Numbered from the stretch's first letter, positions 39,887-50,708 are shown. The stretch: 64,000 nucleotides of DNA from Acidobacteriota bacterium (GCA_963664705.1 OY761556.1:3136001-3200000), one strand, 5' to 3'. Notes: generated by a model from the letters alone, not told the origin. Numbers and translations are program-made.

Positions 39887-40621
39887 ATGAAACCACATCC
39901 AAAAGTAATCGGCGTAATTCCAGCCCGCTTTGACTCTCAGCGCCTTCCGGGAAAGGTCCTGCTTCCGATCGGAGGCAAGGCAATGATCCATTGGGTCTAT
40001 GAGAGAGCTCGAAAATCTCCGCTGCTGACTCAACTGGTAATTGCCACGGACAGTGAGAAGGTCCGGCAGTACTGCAATGAACAAGCGATTCCAGTGATGT
40101 TCACGCTGAAGCACTCATCGGGAACGGATCGGTTGAACGAAATCATGTTGCGCACCGATGCGGAGATATACGTCAACATTCAGGGGGACGAACCCACGAT
40201 CCGCACCGAACACATCGACCTGCTGCTGAAACCGCTTCTGGCGAAGCAGGGCGAAGTTTCTACCCTGAAGGTAGCGATCGATATCGAAGCCGCACAGGAC
40301 CCTAATGTGGTAAAGGTTGTAACCGATAACCGAAACCGCGCGCTTTACTTCTCGCGTTTTCCTATTCCGTTTGACAGGAATGCACAGGGCGGGGCTCAGT
40401 TTTTCAAGCACATAGGACTGTATGGCTATACACGGTCGGCTTTGGGGCTTTTTCACAGCCTGCCGCAATCCACGCTTGAACTCAGCGAAAAACTCGAGCA
40501 ATTGAGATACCTGGAAAACGGGATTCCTATCGTGGTCTCCGAGACAATGCACGACACGGTGGGCGTCGATACAGAGGCAGATCTGGAACGAGCCGCCGAG
40601 TTTCTGAAGTCTGAACAATAA
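39887..40621 (+). CDS. kdsB: CMP-KDO synthetase
   Basis: IPARFDSQRLPGK, SGTDR, NIQGDEP, ALYFSR, KHIGLY, LEQLR. Confidence 0.95.
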   Translation: MKPHPKVIGVIPARFDSQRLPGKVLLPIGGKAMIHWVYERARKSPLLTQLVIATDSEKVRQYCNEQAIPVMFTLKHSSGTDRLNEIMLRTDAEIYVNIQGDEPTIRTEHIDLLLKPLLAKQGEVSTLKVAIDIEAAQDPNVVKVVTDNRNRALYFSRFPIPFDRNAQGGAQFFKHIGLYGYTRSALGLFHSLPQSTLELSEKLEQLRYLENGIPIVVSETMHDTVGVDTEADLERAAEFLKSEQ

Positions 40622-40631
40622 AGGTTGTTTC

Positions 40632-42002
40632 ATGTATCTGCTGTATAGCATTGTACTGGTGACATGGGGGCTTCTGCTGATTCCCCTTGCCCTTTACAGG
40701 GTGTGGTTCCGGAAGAAGCGTTTCCCCGGCATGCGACAACGTTTCGGACGCCTGCCCGAAGCCCTGAAAGCCGACAGCCGCCCTACCCTATGGTTTCATG
40801 CCTGTTCGGTTGGCGAAACGCTGAGCCTGCCGCCGTTGGTTCAGGCGCTGCAGCAACGCTTTCCGAATGCCCGCTTCGTGTTTTCAACCATCACGCAGAC
40901 GGGCCAGATGATGGCAGTACAGCACTTCAAAGCCTATGGAGTCGGCAATACCTTCTATTTTCCCATCGATCTTGCATCCGTAATCAGGCGCGTGCTGAAC
41001 TGGATTCAGCCCGCGATGATCGTGATCATTGACACCGAGATCTGGCCTAACCTGATCCATCAGGCACATCTGCGCAAGATCCCGATAGTTCTTGCCAACG
41101 GGCGCATTTCGGCTTCCTCATTTCCCTACTACCGTCTTGCCCGTCCGGTACTGTCACGGGTTCTTTGGCAATACGGCCTGCTGCTGATGCAATCCGATGA
41201 GGATGCCCGCCGAATCACGGCAATCGGCGCGCCTCGGGAAAAAGTATCCGTTTCCGGAAACATCAAATTCGACAAGAACCAGGTTGAAAAAACGGTTGCG
41301 GGAAAAAAGGATCTTGATGCTGTTTTTCTGTCCGGGCTGGAAGGCGCGCCGCTCATTGTCGCCGGAAGCACGCATCCGGGGGAAGAACAGATTCTGCTGG
41401 AGTCCTTCCGTCGCATCCGGCTGATGCCGGAATTCTCCCAAACTCGACTTCTTCTCGCTCCCCGTCATCCGGAACGCTTCAGCGAGGTAGCCGATTTGCT
41501 AATGAACAGCGGATTCAGCCTGCAACGTCGCACGGATTCGAAAGCGCCTTCGAGCCCCGCCGACATCCTGCTGCTCGATACCCTGGGAGAGCTTGCGGAA
41601 GCTTACCGCTATGCCACAATTGCATTCGTCGGAGGAAGCCTTATCCGGCGTGGCGGACACAGCATTATGGAACCCGCGCTATATTCCAAGGCCATCGTCA
41701 CAGGACCATCCATGGAGAATTTCCGCGCAATTATCGAGGAATTCAGAAAACACGACGGCATCCGGCAGATCGCGGCGGGCCAGGAGGCGCGCGATTTGCA
41801 GGTTGAACAATTGGTCCGGGAAATGGCAAATCTGCTCCGGGATGCAAACCTGCGCGAAAGGCTTGGGAAGAACGCATTTTCGATTCTGGAGAAAAATCGG
41901 GGCGCAACCCAGATAACCGCGGATCGGATTGCCACGTATTTCCAGGAGGCGCAAAAATTGCCTCAAGATACGACATCACGGATTGGCGCTGAATCCGTGT
42001 AA
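40632..42002 (+). CDS. waaA: KDO transferase
   Basis: WFHACSVGE, TEIWPN, GNIKFD, AGSTHPGE, APRHPER, DTLGEL, GGHSIMEP. Confidence 0.95.
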   Translation: MYLLYSIVLVTWGLLLIPLALYRVWFRKKRFPGMRQRFGRLPEALKADSRPTLWFHACSVGETLSLPPLVQALQQRFPNARFVFSTITQTGQMMAVQHFKAYGVGNTFYFPIDLASVIRRVLNWIQPAMIVIIDTEIWPNLIHQAHLRKIPIVLANGRISASSFPYYRLARPVLSRVLWQYGLLLMQSDEDARRITAIGAPREKVSVSGNIKFDKNQVEKTVAGKKDLDAVFLSGLEGAPLIVAGSTHPGEEQILLESFRRIRLMPEFSQTRLLLAPRHPERFSEVADLLMNSGFSLQRRTDSKAPSSPADILLLDTLGELAEAYRYATIAFVGGSLIRRGGHSIMEPALYSKAIVTGPSMENFRAIIEEFRKHDGIRQIAAGQEARDLQVEQLVREMANLLRDANLRERLGKNAFSILEKNRGATQITADRIATYFQEAQKLPQDTTSRIGAESV

Positions 42003-42088
42003 TTAAGCTAACCATAGAGCCTGCCGGGAATCGGAATTTTGTCGCGAATTCCCGAACAGGCCCCTGACCTTGGTATATATTAGAGCCG

Positions 42089-42655
42089 ATGAAAGACCTC
42101 ATTCAAAACTGCCTTGCCGCACTGAATCCGCGGACGCTCACGGACGGATTTGTCCGTGAGGCGGCCGTATTGATGCCTATCTTCGAATGGGAGAATGAAT
42201 ACCACTTTCTTCTGACACGCCGAACGGAGGAGGTGCAAACGCACAAAGGACAAATCTCATTCCCCGGCGGCATGCGGGAGAGCGGTGAGGACCTGTTCAC
42301 CACCGCCCTGCGCGAAACATACGAAGAGGTCGGCATCGAGGAACACAGAATTGAACCGCTGGGCAGGTTCCACGACTATATTTCCATTACCTATTTTCGA
42401 GTGACTCCTTTCGCGGGGTTTATCGACGGCCCCTTCCAGACGGTCCCGCAGGTCCACGAAGTAGCTGAAATCCTGCAGGTCCCGTTCCGGGTCTTTCTGG
42501 ATCCGGCAAGGCTTCGGACTGAAAGGCGCATCGTGATGGATAAGGAAGAGACCGTATATTTTTATTCCTACGGGACCCATGAAATATGGGGATTAACGGC
42601 CCGCATCATTCATGATTTTATGGAGACGCTGAATCTGCAGCACTGCAATTTGTGA
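42089..42655 (+). CDS. CoA pyrophosphatase (Nudix, NudL-like)
   Basis: AAVL, LLTRR, HKGQISFPGG, ALRETYEEVG, IWGLTA. Confidence 0.92.
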   Translation: MKDLIQNCLAALNPRTLTDGFVREAAVLMPIFEWENEYHFLLTRRTEEVQTHKGQISFPGGMRESGEDLFTTALRETYEEVGIEEHRIEPLGRFHDYISITYFRVTPFAGFIDGPFQTVPQVHEVAEILQVPFRVFLDPARLRTERRIVMDKEETVYFYSYGTHEIWGLTARIIHDFMETLNLQHCNL

Positions 42656-42679
42656 CGCCGGTTCAGCGGGGAGCAATGG

Positions 42680-43525
42680 GTGTACCAGCCGATAGGCATC
42701 TTTGATTCCGGTTTCGGTGGTTTGACGGTCCTAAGGGAAATCGAGCAGATTCTACCCGGCTACGATTACCTTTACCTGGGCGATAATGCACGTGCGCCTT
42801 ACGGCAACCGCTCTTTCGAGACGGTATATGCCTATACGCTGGAGGCCGTTCGCTGGCTGTTTGACAGGGGATGCCATCTGGTCGTCCTTGCCTGCAACAC
42901 ATCTTCAGCAAAAGCCCTCCGCACCATACAGCAGCGGGATTTGCCCCACATAGCACCGAGGAGACGAGTGCTCGGCGTTATCCGGCCAGTCACAGAATCG
43001 GTAGGCAAGATCACTCGCTCGGGCCATGTCGGAATCCTCGCGACGGCAGGAACCGTTGCGTCTCAATCCTATGTCATTGAGGTAAAGAAATATTTTCCTG
43101 AAGTGACGGTGGTCCAGGAAGCCTGTCCGATGTGGGTGCCGCTCGTTGAAAACAATGAATTTGAAAGTGACGGGGCCGATTTCTTTGTTCGCCAACACAT
43201 AAACCGTATTCTCGCAGCCGATCCCCTCATCGACACCATGGTTCTCGGATGTACGCACTACCCGCTATTGCGACAGAAGATTGCCACGTTTCTTCCGTCC
43301 GAAATTGCGGTTGTATCCCAGGGAGCCATCGTCGCGGTAAGTCTCGCCGATTATCTCGAGCGCCACCCCGAAATCGAGAGGCAGTGTTCAAAGCAGAGAC
43401 GGAGAGATTTCTTCACCACAGAAAAAGCCGAGTTTTTTAATCAATCCGCAACACTGTTCTATGGCCGGGAAATCCGATGCAACGAGAACCGTGAGATGGC
43501 TGGCGTTCCCGGGTTTCGGCAATAG
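42680..43525 (+). CDS. murI: Glutamate racemase
   Basis: FDSGFGG, APYGNR, ACNT, GCTHYP. Confidence 0.96.
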   Translation: MYQPIGIFDSGFGGLTVLREIEQILPGYDYLYLGDNARAPYGNRSFETVYAYTLEAVRWLFDRGCHLVVLACNTSSAKALRTIQQRDLPHIAPRRRVLGVIRPVTESVGKITRSGHVGILATAGTVASQSYVIEVKKYFPEVTVVQEACPMWVPLVENNEFESDGADFFVRQHINRILAADPLIDTMVLGCTHYPLLRQKIATFLPSEIAVVSQGAIVAVSLADYLERHPEIERQCSKQRRRDFFTTEKAEFFNQSATLFYGREIRCNENREMAGVPGFRQ

Positions 43526-43575
43526 CTGAAATCAACAGGATCCGGGCTTGTCCACCGATAAAGTCGTAGCAAAGC

Positions 43576-43591
43576 TTAATCGCTTGATTAA
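43576..43591. promoter_or_regulatory. Palindromic candidate operator upstream of the acyl-CoA dehydrogenase pair
   Basis: TTAATC-GCTT-GATTAA, 54 bp before the ATG. Confidence 0.45.
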
Positions 43592-43645
43592 TGCGAGTGG
43601 TTACGATAGAAAAGCTGTTCGCAATAATACCTTAAGGGGATTTTT

Positions 43646-44737
43646 ATGTATTCGTTTGAACCTACGGATGAACAGAAAATAGTCGTAAATGCCGCGAAAA
43701 AGCTGGCGGTCAAGGAATTTCGCAATCGAATGCGCGATGCGGATGAGGCTGGAGAACCAGCCGCCGAATGGACTCAGGCGGGATGGGAACTGGGGCTGCT
43801 TCCGGCCAGCATTCCAGAGGAATATGGTGGGTTTGGAGAGCACTCCGCAATGACGTGGACTTTGGCTGCCGAGGAACTGGCATGGGGCGATCTCAGCGCT
43901 ACATTGGTCCTGGCATCCCCCAACCTGGTGGCAATCCCCATTTTCCTGTGCGGGACAGAGGAACAGAAAAAAGAACTTCTCCCCCTCTTCTGCGGAGATG
44001 CCTTTGCCTGCGGTTCGGCAGCACTCATGGAGCCCCATTTTGGCTTTGACCCCAATAGCCCCAAAACAACCGCAATCCTAAAGGATGGAAACTATATTCT
44101 GTCCGGTAACAAATGCAATGTGCCGTTTGCAGCCGAATCCGAATGGATGCTGGTTTATGCCTCTCTCGAGGGGCAATGCCAGGCATTCCTGGTCCCCAAG
44201 GGAACCCCAGGACTCACAATCAAAGAACGCGAAAGCAGTATGGGAATGAAAGCATTACCCATGTATTCCATAGAGCTGAATGAATGCTGCGTGCCCGCGG
44301 CGCGTCGCCTGGGCGGTGCAGCCGGATGCGACTTCCAGCTTCTATTGAGTTCCTCGCGCGTAGCCCTTGCCTCCATGGCGGTGGGCGTTGCCCGGGCGGC
44401 CCATGAGTTTGCGGTCGACTATGCAAAGAACAGAAAGGCCTTTGGGGAAGCGATTGCGCAACGTCAGTCTATCGCATTCACGCTGGCGGAAATCATCACC
44501 GATATTGACGCCGCTCGATTACTGGTCTGGGAGGCCGCATGGCGGCTGGACAATCATCAGGACGCAACCAAGGAAGCTTACCTGGCTATGAACTTTGTCA
44601 GCGACGTCGCGCTTCAGGCGTGCGATCGCGCGGTTCAGATTCTTGGCGGGTACGGATATACTCGAGATTTCCCGGTTGAGCTCTTTCTACGCAACGCGCG
44701 CGGTTTCGGAGTCATGGAAGGCATTGCCATCGTGTAG
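43646..44737 (+). CDS. Acyl-CoA dehydrogenase (FadE24-like subunit)
   Basis: IPEEYGG, RKAFG, VQILGGYGYTRDFPVE. Confidence 0.9.
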   Translation: MYSFEPTDEQKIVVNAAKKLAVKEFRNRMRDADEAGEPAAEWTQAGWELGLLPASIPEEYGGFGEHSAMTWTLAAEELAWGDLSATLVLASPNLVAIPIFLCGTEEQKKELLPLFCGDAFACGSAALMEPHFGFDPNSPKTTAILKDGNYILSGNKCNVPFAAESEWMLVYASLEGQCQAFLVPKGTPGLTIKERESSMGMKALPMYSIELNECCVPAARRLGGAAGCDFQLLLSSSRVALASMAVGVARAAHEFAVDYAKNRKAFGEAIAQRQSIAFTLAEIITDIDAARLLVWEAAWRLDNHQDATKEAYLAMNFVSDVALQACDRAVQILGGYGYTRDFPVELFLRNARGFGVMEGIAIV

Positions 44738-44755
44738 TTGTCTGGAGATATTTGA

Positions 44756-45952
44756 ATGATCAGCTTTGAAAATTCGCCAAAAATTAAGGAACAAACCGAA
44801 TACGCGGAATCAATCGCCCGGGACATTATCCGGCCGCAGGCACGATTCTTTGATGAGAATGAACACGAAGAACCCTGGGAGTTTGCAAAATATATCTGGA
44901 ATACCGCCCGCAAAAAGCTGGAAAGTCTGGATCCGTCGGTGGTCGTTCCGGAAGAACCATTCATGCTGCAGCTCCACATGATAGAAATGATCTCCTGGGG
45001 CGATGCAGGATTTTTTATGTGCCTTCCCTGGCCCGCGCTTGGGGGCAACGCCATTTTCACTACCGGAACGAAAGAACAAAAGGACAACCTCGCCAAACGA
45101 TTCCAGGGCAGCGAACCGACATGGACGTGCATGGCTCTGACCGAGGCCCACTGCGGATCCGACTCTTCCGCTATCCGGACGCGTGCCGTGCGCGACGGAA
45201 ACAACTGGGTTCTGAACGGAGAGAAGCTGTTTGTCTCGAGCGCGAGAAAGGCAATGATTGATTCCCATGGCGTCATGGTTGTCTGGGCGACGGTGGATCC
45301 CAAAGCCGGTCGCGCCGGCATTAAGCCTTTCATGGTGGAATCGGGAACTCCCGGCGTCAAGATATTCAAACTTGAAAAGAAGTTGGGATTCCGATCCAGT
45401 GATACGGCGGTGGTGATTCTGGAGGATTGTCGTATCCCGCTGGAAAACCTGCTGGGTGGAGAGGAAGGCAAAGGCTTCAAGGGAGCGATGAAAACCTTCG
45501 ATTCGGCCAGGCCCGCAGCGGCCGCCAACGGAATGGGAATCGCGCGTGCCACTCTGGACTTCCTGAAAGAACAGCTCGCCGAGCAGGGCATCAAAATACG
45601 GTACGGTGTCCCCCGTCATCTCCTCACCGCCATCGAGCGCGACATCATTGATATGGAAGCACAGCTGAGGGCGGCATGGCTTCTCGTTGTGCGGGCGGGA
45701 TGGCTTGTTGATCAAGACCGGCGCAACACACTGGAATCATCCATGAGCAAAGTGAAGGCCGGAGAGGTTATCACCAGGATTACCCAAAAGGGAATCGAGC
45801 TTATGGGTCCGTTGGGATATTCCCGACGCCTGCTGCTTGAAAAATGGATGCGCGACGGCAAGGTCATTGATCTGTTTGAAGGAACGGGGCAGGTCAACCG
45901 GCTGGTCATAGCGCGGCAGATTCTCGGCTATTCCAACAAGGAACTGAAATAG
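44756..45952 (+). CDS. Acyl-CoA dehydrogenase (FadE23-like subunit)
   Basis: SWGDAG, ALTEAHCGSD, KLGFRSSDT, FDSARP, LEKWMRD, DLFEGT. Confidence 0.9.
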   Translation: MISFENSPKIKEQTEYAESIARDIIRPQARFFDENEHEEPWEFAKYIWNTARKKLESLDPSVVVPEEPFMLQLHMIEMISWGDAGFFMCLPWPALGGNAIFTTGTKEQKDNLAKRFQGSEPTWTCMALTEAHCGSDSSAIRTRAVRDGNNWVLNGEKLFVSSARKAMIDSHGVMVVWATVDPKAGRAGIKPFMVESGTPGVKIFKLEKKLGFRSSDTAVVILEDCRIPLENLLGGEEGKGFKGAMKTFDSARPAAAANGMGIARATLDFLKEQLAEQGIKIRYGVPRHLLTAIERDIIDMEAQLRAAWLLVVRAGWLVDQDRRNTLESSMSKVKAGEVITRITQKGIELMGPLGYSRRLLLEKWMRDGKVIDLFEGTGQVNRLVIARQILGYSNKELK

Positions 45953-45997
45953 CCGGGGGCTACCCGGCCTCCCGCGCCGGGATCAAAGGAGCACTAC

Positions 45998-47014
45998 GTG
46001 TACCCGCTCGTTGTGATTGGGCTGAATGCGGTCATCGTAGCTGTCACGGAGGAAACGCCTCGAATCCTGACCGTAAAGCGGGCGGAGCATTCACTGGCAG
46101 GCGGCTTGATGCTCGAGCAGGAAACATCCCCCCTCGAGCCCTTCGATGCAATACCCTTTGGGCCGTTCGACCCATCCACCGATCGAACACTCGAGATTGG
46201 CCTGCGCCGCTGGGTCCGGGAACAAACAGGACTCGAGTTGGGCTATGTCGAACAGTTGTACACCTTCGGTGACCGCAACAGAGATCCGTCGGAGGAAGCG
46301 GGCGGCCCCAGGGTGATTTCGGTGGCCTACCTTGCATTGGTTCGCGAAGGAAAACCTTCCGGCACCGCCGGAGCCCACTGGAAGGAATGCTATCGATTCT
46401 TTCCGTGGGAGGACTGGCGCGCGGGGCGGCCAGACATCATCGAAAAACACATAGCGCCGGTACTCGATCAATGGGTTCATACCGCCGCGGATCCCCGGAC
46501 ACGCCAGGAGCGGCGCGAGCGCATTGATATCAATTTTGGCCTGGGTGGAGCGCCCTGGGTTCCGGAGCGAGTGCTGGAGCGTTATGAATTGGTTTATGAG
46601 GTCGATCTTGCCGCGGAAGCGCTGCGGAACCGGGGAATCATCGGCGATGCTTCCGGAGAGGACTGGAAACAGCGCCTCGGCCGGCCCATGGCCTTGGATC
46701 ACCGGCGGATTCTGGCAACCGCACTGGGACGTCTCCGCGGAAAACTGAAATACCGACCTGTTGTTTTCGAACTCCTGCCATCGGCCTTCACATTATTGCA
46801 GCTTCAACGCGTTGTGGAAGCACTCGCGGGAGTCCGGCTACATAAGCAGAATCTTCGCAGGCTGGTAGAAAACGGCGGGCTGGTCGAAGGCACCGCACGC
46901 TTCGATCAACAAACCGGAGGTCGGCCGGCTGAACTGTTCCGATTTCGACGGGACGTCCTCCGTGAACGCCCGGCTCCCGGAGTTGGTTTGCCAGGAATCA
47001 GGCATGCAGGATAA
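45998..47014 (+). CDS. Nudix-fold/wHTH NAD-metabolism regulator (NadQ/NrtR-like)
   Basis: PFGPFDP, YVEQLYTFGD, FPWEDWR, DHRRILATALGRLRGKLKYRP, HKQNLRR, GGRPAELFRF. Confidence 0.85.
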   Translation: MYPLVVIGLNAVIVAVTEETPRILTVKRAEHSLAGGLMLEQETSPLEPFDAIPFGPFDPSTDRTLEIGLRRWVREQTGLELGYVEQLYTFGDRNRDPSEEAGGPRVISVAYLALVREGKPSGTAGAHWKECYRFFPWEDWRAGRPDIIEKHIAPVLDQWVHTAADPRTRQERRERIDINFGLGGAPWVPERVLERYELVYEVDLAAEALRNRGIIGDASGEDWKQRLGRPMALDHRRILATALGRLRGKLKYRPVVFELLPSAFTLLQLQRVVEALAGVRLHKQNLRRLVENGGLVEGTARFDQQTGGRPAELFRFRRDVLRERPAPGVGLPGIRHAG

Positions 47015-47082
47015 AATAGAGCCGTTATCAAAACTCAGGATGTTGCCGGGTTAAACGTAGCAGCTTTCAGGACGAGGAGATC

Positions 47083-47718
47083 ATGAAATATCGGGTTTTG
47101 ACCGTTGCGCGAGAGTATGGAAGCGGTGGGGGCGAAATCGCCGCCGTCATAGCAAATGAACTCGGATGGAGACTGGTGGATAAGGACCTGATTACGGATA
47201 TCAGCCATGTGGAAAAAGTGCCACCCAGTGAAGTCGAAGCTTTTGATGAAAAGGTCGACCCCTGGATCCACCGAATCACTCGCTCAGTGTGGGGAGTTGG
47301 AGCGGATGGAATCTCTCCTGTCGCCCCCGTCGATATGTTTGATGCTCAAAAGACGGCTGCGATGGCAAAGCGCACGATTCATGAAGCCTACAAGATGGGG
47401 CAGTGCGTCATCGTGGGACGCGGATCCCAATGTGTCCTGCGGAACAAGGAAGATGTATTTCACGTCTTTGTCTATGCCAATTGGGAAGAGCGTGTCCGCA
47501 AAATTCGCGAGCGCAAAGGACCGGGAAAGGACATTGAAGGGATGATCCGATCCATCGATGCGGAACGCTCCGAATATGTCCGGCTGCATTACCGGCAAAA
47601 CTGGCTGAATCCCTATCTCTACGACATGATGATCAATTCCAAAGGCCAAAATGAGCAGGTCGCGCGGCTTATCATTGGCGCCATGAAAATGGTCCCGGAG
47701 TCAGCGCCCAAAGCCTGA
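47083..47718 (+). CDS. Cytidylate kinase-like family protein
   Basis: TVAREYGSGG, CVIVGRG, HVFVYA, YDMMINS. Confidence 0.88.
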   Translation: MKYRVLTVAREYGSGGGEIAAVIANELGWRLVDKDLITDISHVEKVPPSEVEAFDEKVDPWIHRITRSVWGVGADGISPVAPVDMFDAQKTAAMAKRTIHEAYKMGQCVIVGRGSQCVLRNKEDVFHVFVYANWEERVRKIRERKGPGKDIEGMIRSIDAERSEYVRLHYRQNWLNPYLYDMMINSKGQNEQVARLIIGAMKMVPESAPKA

Positions 47719-47749
47719 TTCGACCGATTCGTAAGTACCGACCATCCGA

Positions 47750-47777
47750 CGCAGCCGTCGCGGCGGCAACGGCTGCG
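47750..47777. terminator. Hairpin between convergent genes
   Basis: CGCAGCCGT / ACGGCTGCG stem. Confidence 0.5.
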
Positions 47778-47833
47778 CTGGATTCAGATTTGCTCTTGCC
47801 GGAGGAACACCAGGGCTCCCCAGTGGGAGTCCA

Positions 47834-49885
47834 TTACCGGCGAAGCCACTGATTCAGCCATCCCAGCACCGTTTCATGCCACTGAATGCTGTTTTGCGGT
47901 TTGACCACCCAGTGATTCTCATCCGGGAAATATAAAAGCTTCGAGGGAATCCCCTTACGCTGCAGCAGCGTGAATGTCGACAGACCCTGCGTCGCGACGA
48001 CGCGGAAGTCCTTGCCTCCGTGAACCACCAGCATCGGAGTTTTCCAGTTCCGCACGAAATTCAGAGGACTGTCCTTCGTGTATCCGGCCGGGTTGTCATA
48101 AGCCGGCCCGCCATGCTCCCATTCCGGGAACCAGAGTTCTTCCGTATCATAGTAAGCCGTAAGCTCATCGAGATTCCCGTCATGGCAGACAAGGGTTTTG
48201 AACCGGTCCGTGTGCCCTTCAATCCAGTTGATCATATACCCGCCATAGGAGGCACCCAGTGCCGCCATCCTGCCGCTGTCAAGAAAGGGATATTTTTGCA
48301 GGGCGAAGTCGAGCCCTTTCATCAGGTCGTCGTAAGGTGCACCGCCCCAGTCATTATTGATCGCATCGGTAAATGCCTGTCCGTAGCCGGTGGAACCATG
48401 AAAGTCTATCATCACGGCGGCATAGCCTGCTCCGGCATAAGCCTGCGGATTCCATCGATAGTGAAAGTCATTCCCGAATGAACCCTGAGGCCCGCCATGA
48501 ATTAAAAACGCGACGGGATATTTCTTCGCAGGATCGAAGTCAACCGGGTGAACGATATAGCCGTACACGGTATCCCCTTTTGCCCCTTTGAATGCAAATT
48601 GCTCCGGGCTCCCGAATTTCACGGCAGCCACCCGAGCATCATTTACGTGCGTAATGCGTCGCAGATCCTTCCCGCTCAGGCCAATGGAGTAGAGTTCCGT
48701 AGGGTTGAGCAGAGAATGCATGCCAAAGAGAATACGACCTCCGGGGAGGAGTTGTGGGCTCGAAGTCGTCCCCTTTTCAAGAATGATGCGGGCTTTCCCG
48801 CTCGCTGCATCGATAGAAAAAATCGAGTGCTGCCCAAGATGATCAGCAGTACAGAGTATTTCCTTGCCGTCCGCAGTCCACTTCAATTCGCCGGCAGAAC
48901 GATCGCCACGATCCGAATCATCCGCTCGCACCACGATTTTGCGCTCCCGGCCGCCTTGCCAGTCCCGCAGGATAATATCAAAGCGATCGGCCTCATAGCC
49001 CGATCGAGTCATCGCCAGGTAAGCGAGAGTCTTTCCATCAGGTGAAAATGCCGGCTGGCCGTCCCAAGCGGGATTGGAGGTGATCCTTTCGGGCTTTGCG
49101 GATCCGTCCGCCTGCGCGGCAAATAAATCATAGTTGGTAGACCACGCCTCCTCGCGCCCAACATCTTTGGTACTGAAAACAATCACGCGGCTGTCGGGAG
49201 AGATAGCGACGTCCTCAGCTCCACCGAAGGGCTTTTGCGGACAGTCCGCCGACATATCCGCCATGATGTCCCGGGCAGGCCCGGCCGGCAGCGGATAGAC
49301 AAAAAGGTGATTGCGGGTGCCATCCTCCCAGTTATCCCAGTGGCGAATAAACAGGCGGTCGTATGTCAGCCCGCTGGCCTTGGATGCCTCCTTGTCGCCC
49401 AATATCTTTTTTGTTTCCTCCGGCGATTTCCCGGGGAAAACCGGCATGGAAAAAACCAGGTATTTTCCGTTTGGCGCAACCTGAAGAGCGTCCGCATCCA
49501 GGGGAAGGCTGGTAACCGGCTCCGCTTCACCACCGTTCAATGACAGACGCCACACCTGCTGCGAACCCGACCGCGTTGAAAGGAAATAGAGGCTTTTGCC
49601 ATCGGGACTCCAGCGCGGCTGGCCGTCGCTGGACGGATTATTCGTCAACTTGCGGATTTCGGATCCGTCAATCCGGGCCACATAAACATCGGTTCGGCGC
49701 CGGTTTGCATCAAGATCGGTCACGCTGATGGAAAATGCGACTTTGTCTCCATCCGGCGAAACCTGCCAGTCGGAAATCCGATCCATTGCAAGCATGTCCC
49801 GAATAGAAAAGGGATGGGGATCCGCGGCCAGGGATGGCAAAACAAAAATAAGATAAGACATCGACCATAATGCAAGACGACGCAT
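47834..49885 (-). CDS. S9 family peptidase (DPP5-like)
   Basis: Signal peptide, beta-propeller SPDG repeats, IHGGPQ, GASYGG, DFRV, DENH. Confidence 0.93.
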   Translation of the reverse strand: MRRLALWSMSYLIFVLPSLAADPHPFSIRDMLAMDRISDWQVSPDGDKVAFSISVTDLDANRRRTDVYVARIDGSEIRKLTNNPSSDGQPRWSPDGKSLYFLSTRSGSQQVWRLSLNGGEAEPVTSLPLDADALQVAPNGKYLVFSMPVFPGKSPEETKKILGDKEASKASGLTYDRLFIRHWDNWEDGTRNHLFVYPLPAGPARDIMADMSADCPQKPFGGAEDVAISPDSRVIVFSTKDVGREEAWSTNYDLFAAQADGSAKPERITSNPAWDGQPAFSPDGKTLAYLAMTRSGYEADRFDIILRDWQGGRERKIVVRADDSDRGDRSAGELKWTADGKEILCTADHLGQHSIFSIDAASGKARIILEKGTTSSPQLLPGGRILFGMHSLLNPTELYSIGLSGKDLRRITHVNDARVAAVKFGSPEQFAFKGAKGDTVYGYIVHPVDFDPAKKYPVAFLIHGGPQGSFGNDFHYRWNPQAYAGAGYAAVMIDFHGSTGYGQAFTDAINNDWGGAPYDDLMKGLDFALQKYPFLDSGRMAALGASYGGYMINWIEGHTDRFKTLVCHDGNLDELTAYYDTEELWFPEWEHGGPAYDNPAGYTKDSPLNFVRNWKTPMLVVHGGKDFRVVATQGLSTFTLLQRKGIPSKLLYFPDENHWVVKPQNSIQWHETVLGWLNQWLRR

Positions 49886-50075
49886 GGTACCTCCTCTGCT
49901 ATCGCTGCATTCTAAAGCAGGGAGGAAAAAACAGCCAGTGGCCCCGCGGAAAAATTATCCCAAAGCGCCTGGCAATTATTCCATGGATAGATATCCTGTC
50001 TTTTCCACAAATTTCCTTTATCCGAAAAAAAAGATTCAAGCATAGAATGCAGGAATCGGGATCAGGGAGGAATCC

Positions 50076-50708
50076 ATGGCAGAGGACCCATCGATTAAAA
50101 TCAGGCTGCAGGAACTAGTGGATCGAAGCTGGCCTATCGCGAGCATTCGAGCCCATTGCGATGCGCTCACCGCGGAAGGTATGCCCACAAAAATTCTCGA
50201 TCGGGATCTAATTCTGGCGGAAAAGGATGCGATTCTGAATCGTGTACAACGGAGAGCGGAAGAATATAACTTTGTTGCAGGCAACTGTGCTCGAAGCTCT
50301 GCTCTGGCCGTCATGGAGGAATTCGGCCTGGGCAATATGCAAATCATCAAAGCGCTCTCTCCGTTTCCCGGGTTTGGCGGCACCGGGTGGATGTGCGGAG
50401 GCGTAAGCGGCGGACTCATTGCAATCGGATTGTACCTGGGCAGCGATGATCTGCAGAATCACGCGGCCGTCGCGGCTACGATGGTGGCGGGCAGGCAATT
50501 CATGGCCCGGTTTGAATCTGAAGTTGGCGTCGTAACATGCCGGCGGATCCAGGAGGATGTTGTCTTCGGCCGCTTTATGGATCCGGGAGCCAGCCCTGAA
50601 AACATGGAGGCCTTTGCCAAGGCGCATGGCTTTGAGAAATGCAGCCTGATTGCAGGTATCGGAGCCAGGATCGCAGCCGGAATCATCATTGAAAACCTGA
50701 AATCTTGA
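50076..50708 (+). CDS. C-GCAxxG-C-C family putative redox protein
   Basis: NCARSS, MCGGVSGG, TCRRI, KCS cysteine pattern. Confidence 0.8.
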   Translation: MAEDPSIKIRLQELVDRSWPIASIRAHCDALTAEGMPTKILDRDLILAEKDAILNRVQRRAEEYNFVAGNCARSSALAVMEEFGLGNMQIIKALSPFPGFGGTGWMCGGVSGGLIAIGLYLGSDDLQNHAAVAATMVAGRQFMARFESEVGVVTCRRIQEDVVFGRFMDPGASPENMEAFAKAHGFEKCSLIAGIGARIAAGIIIENLKS

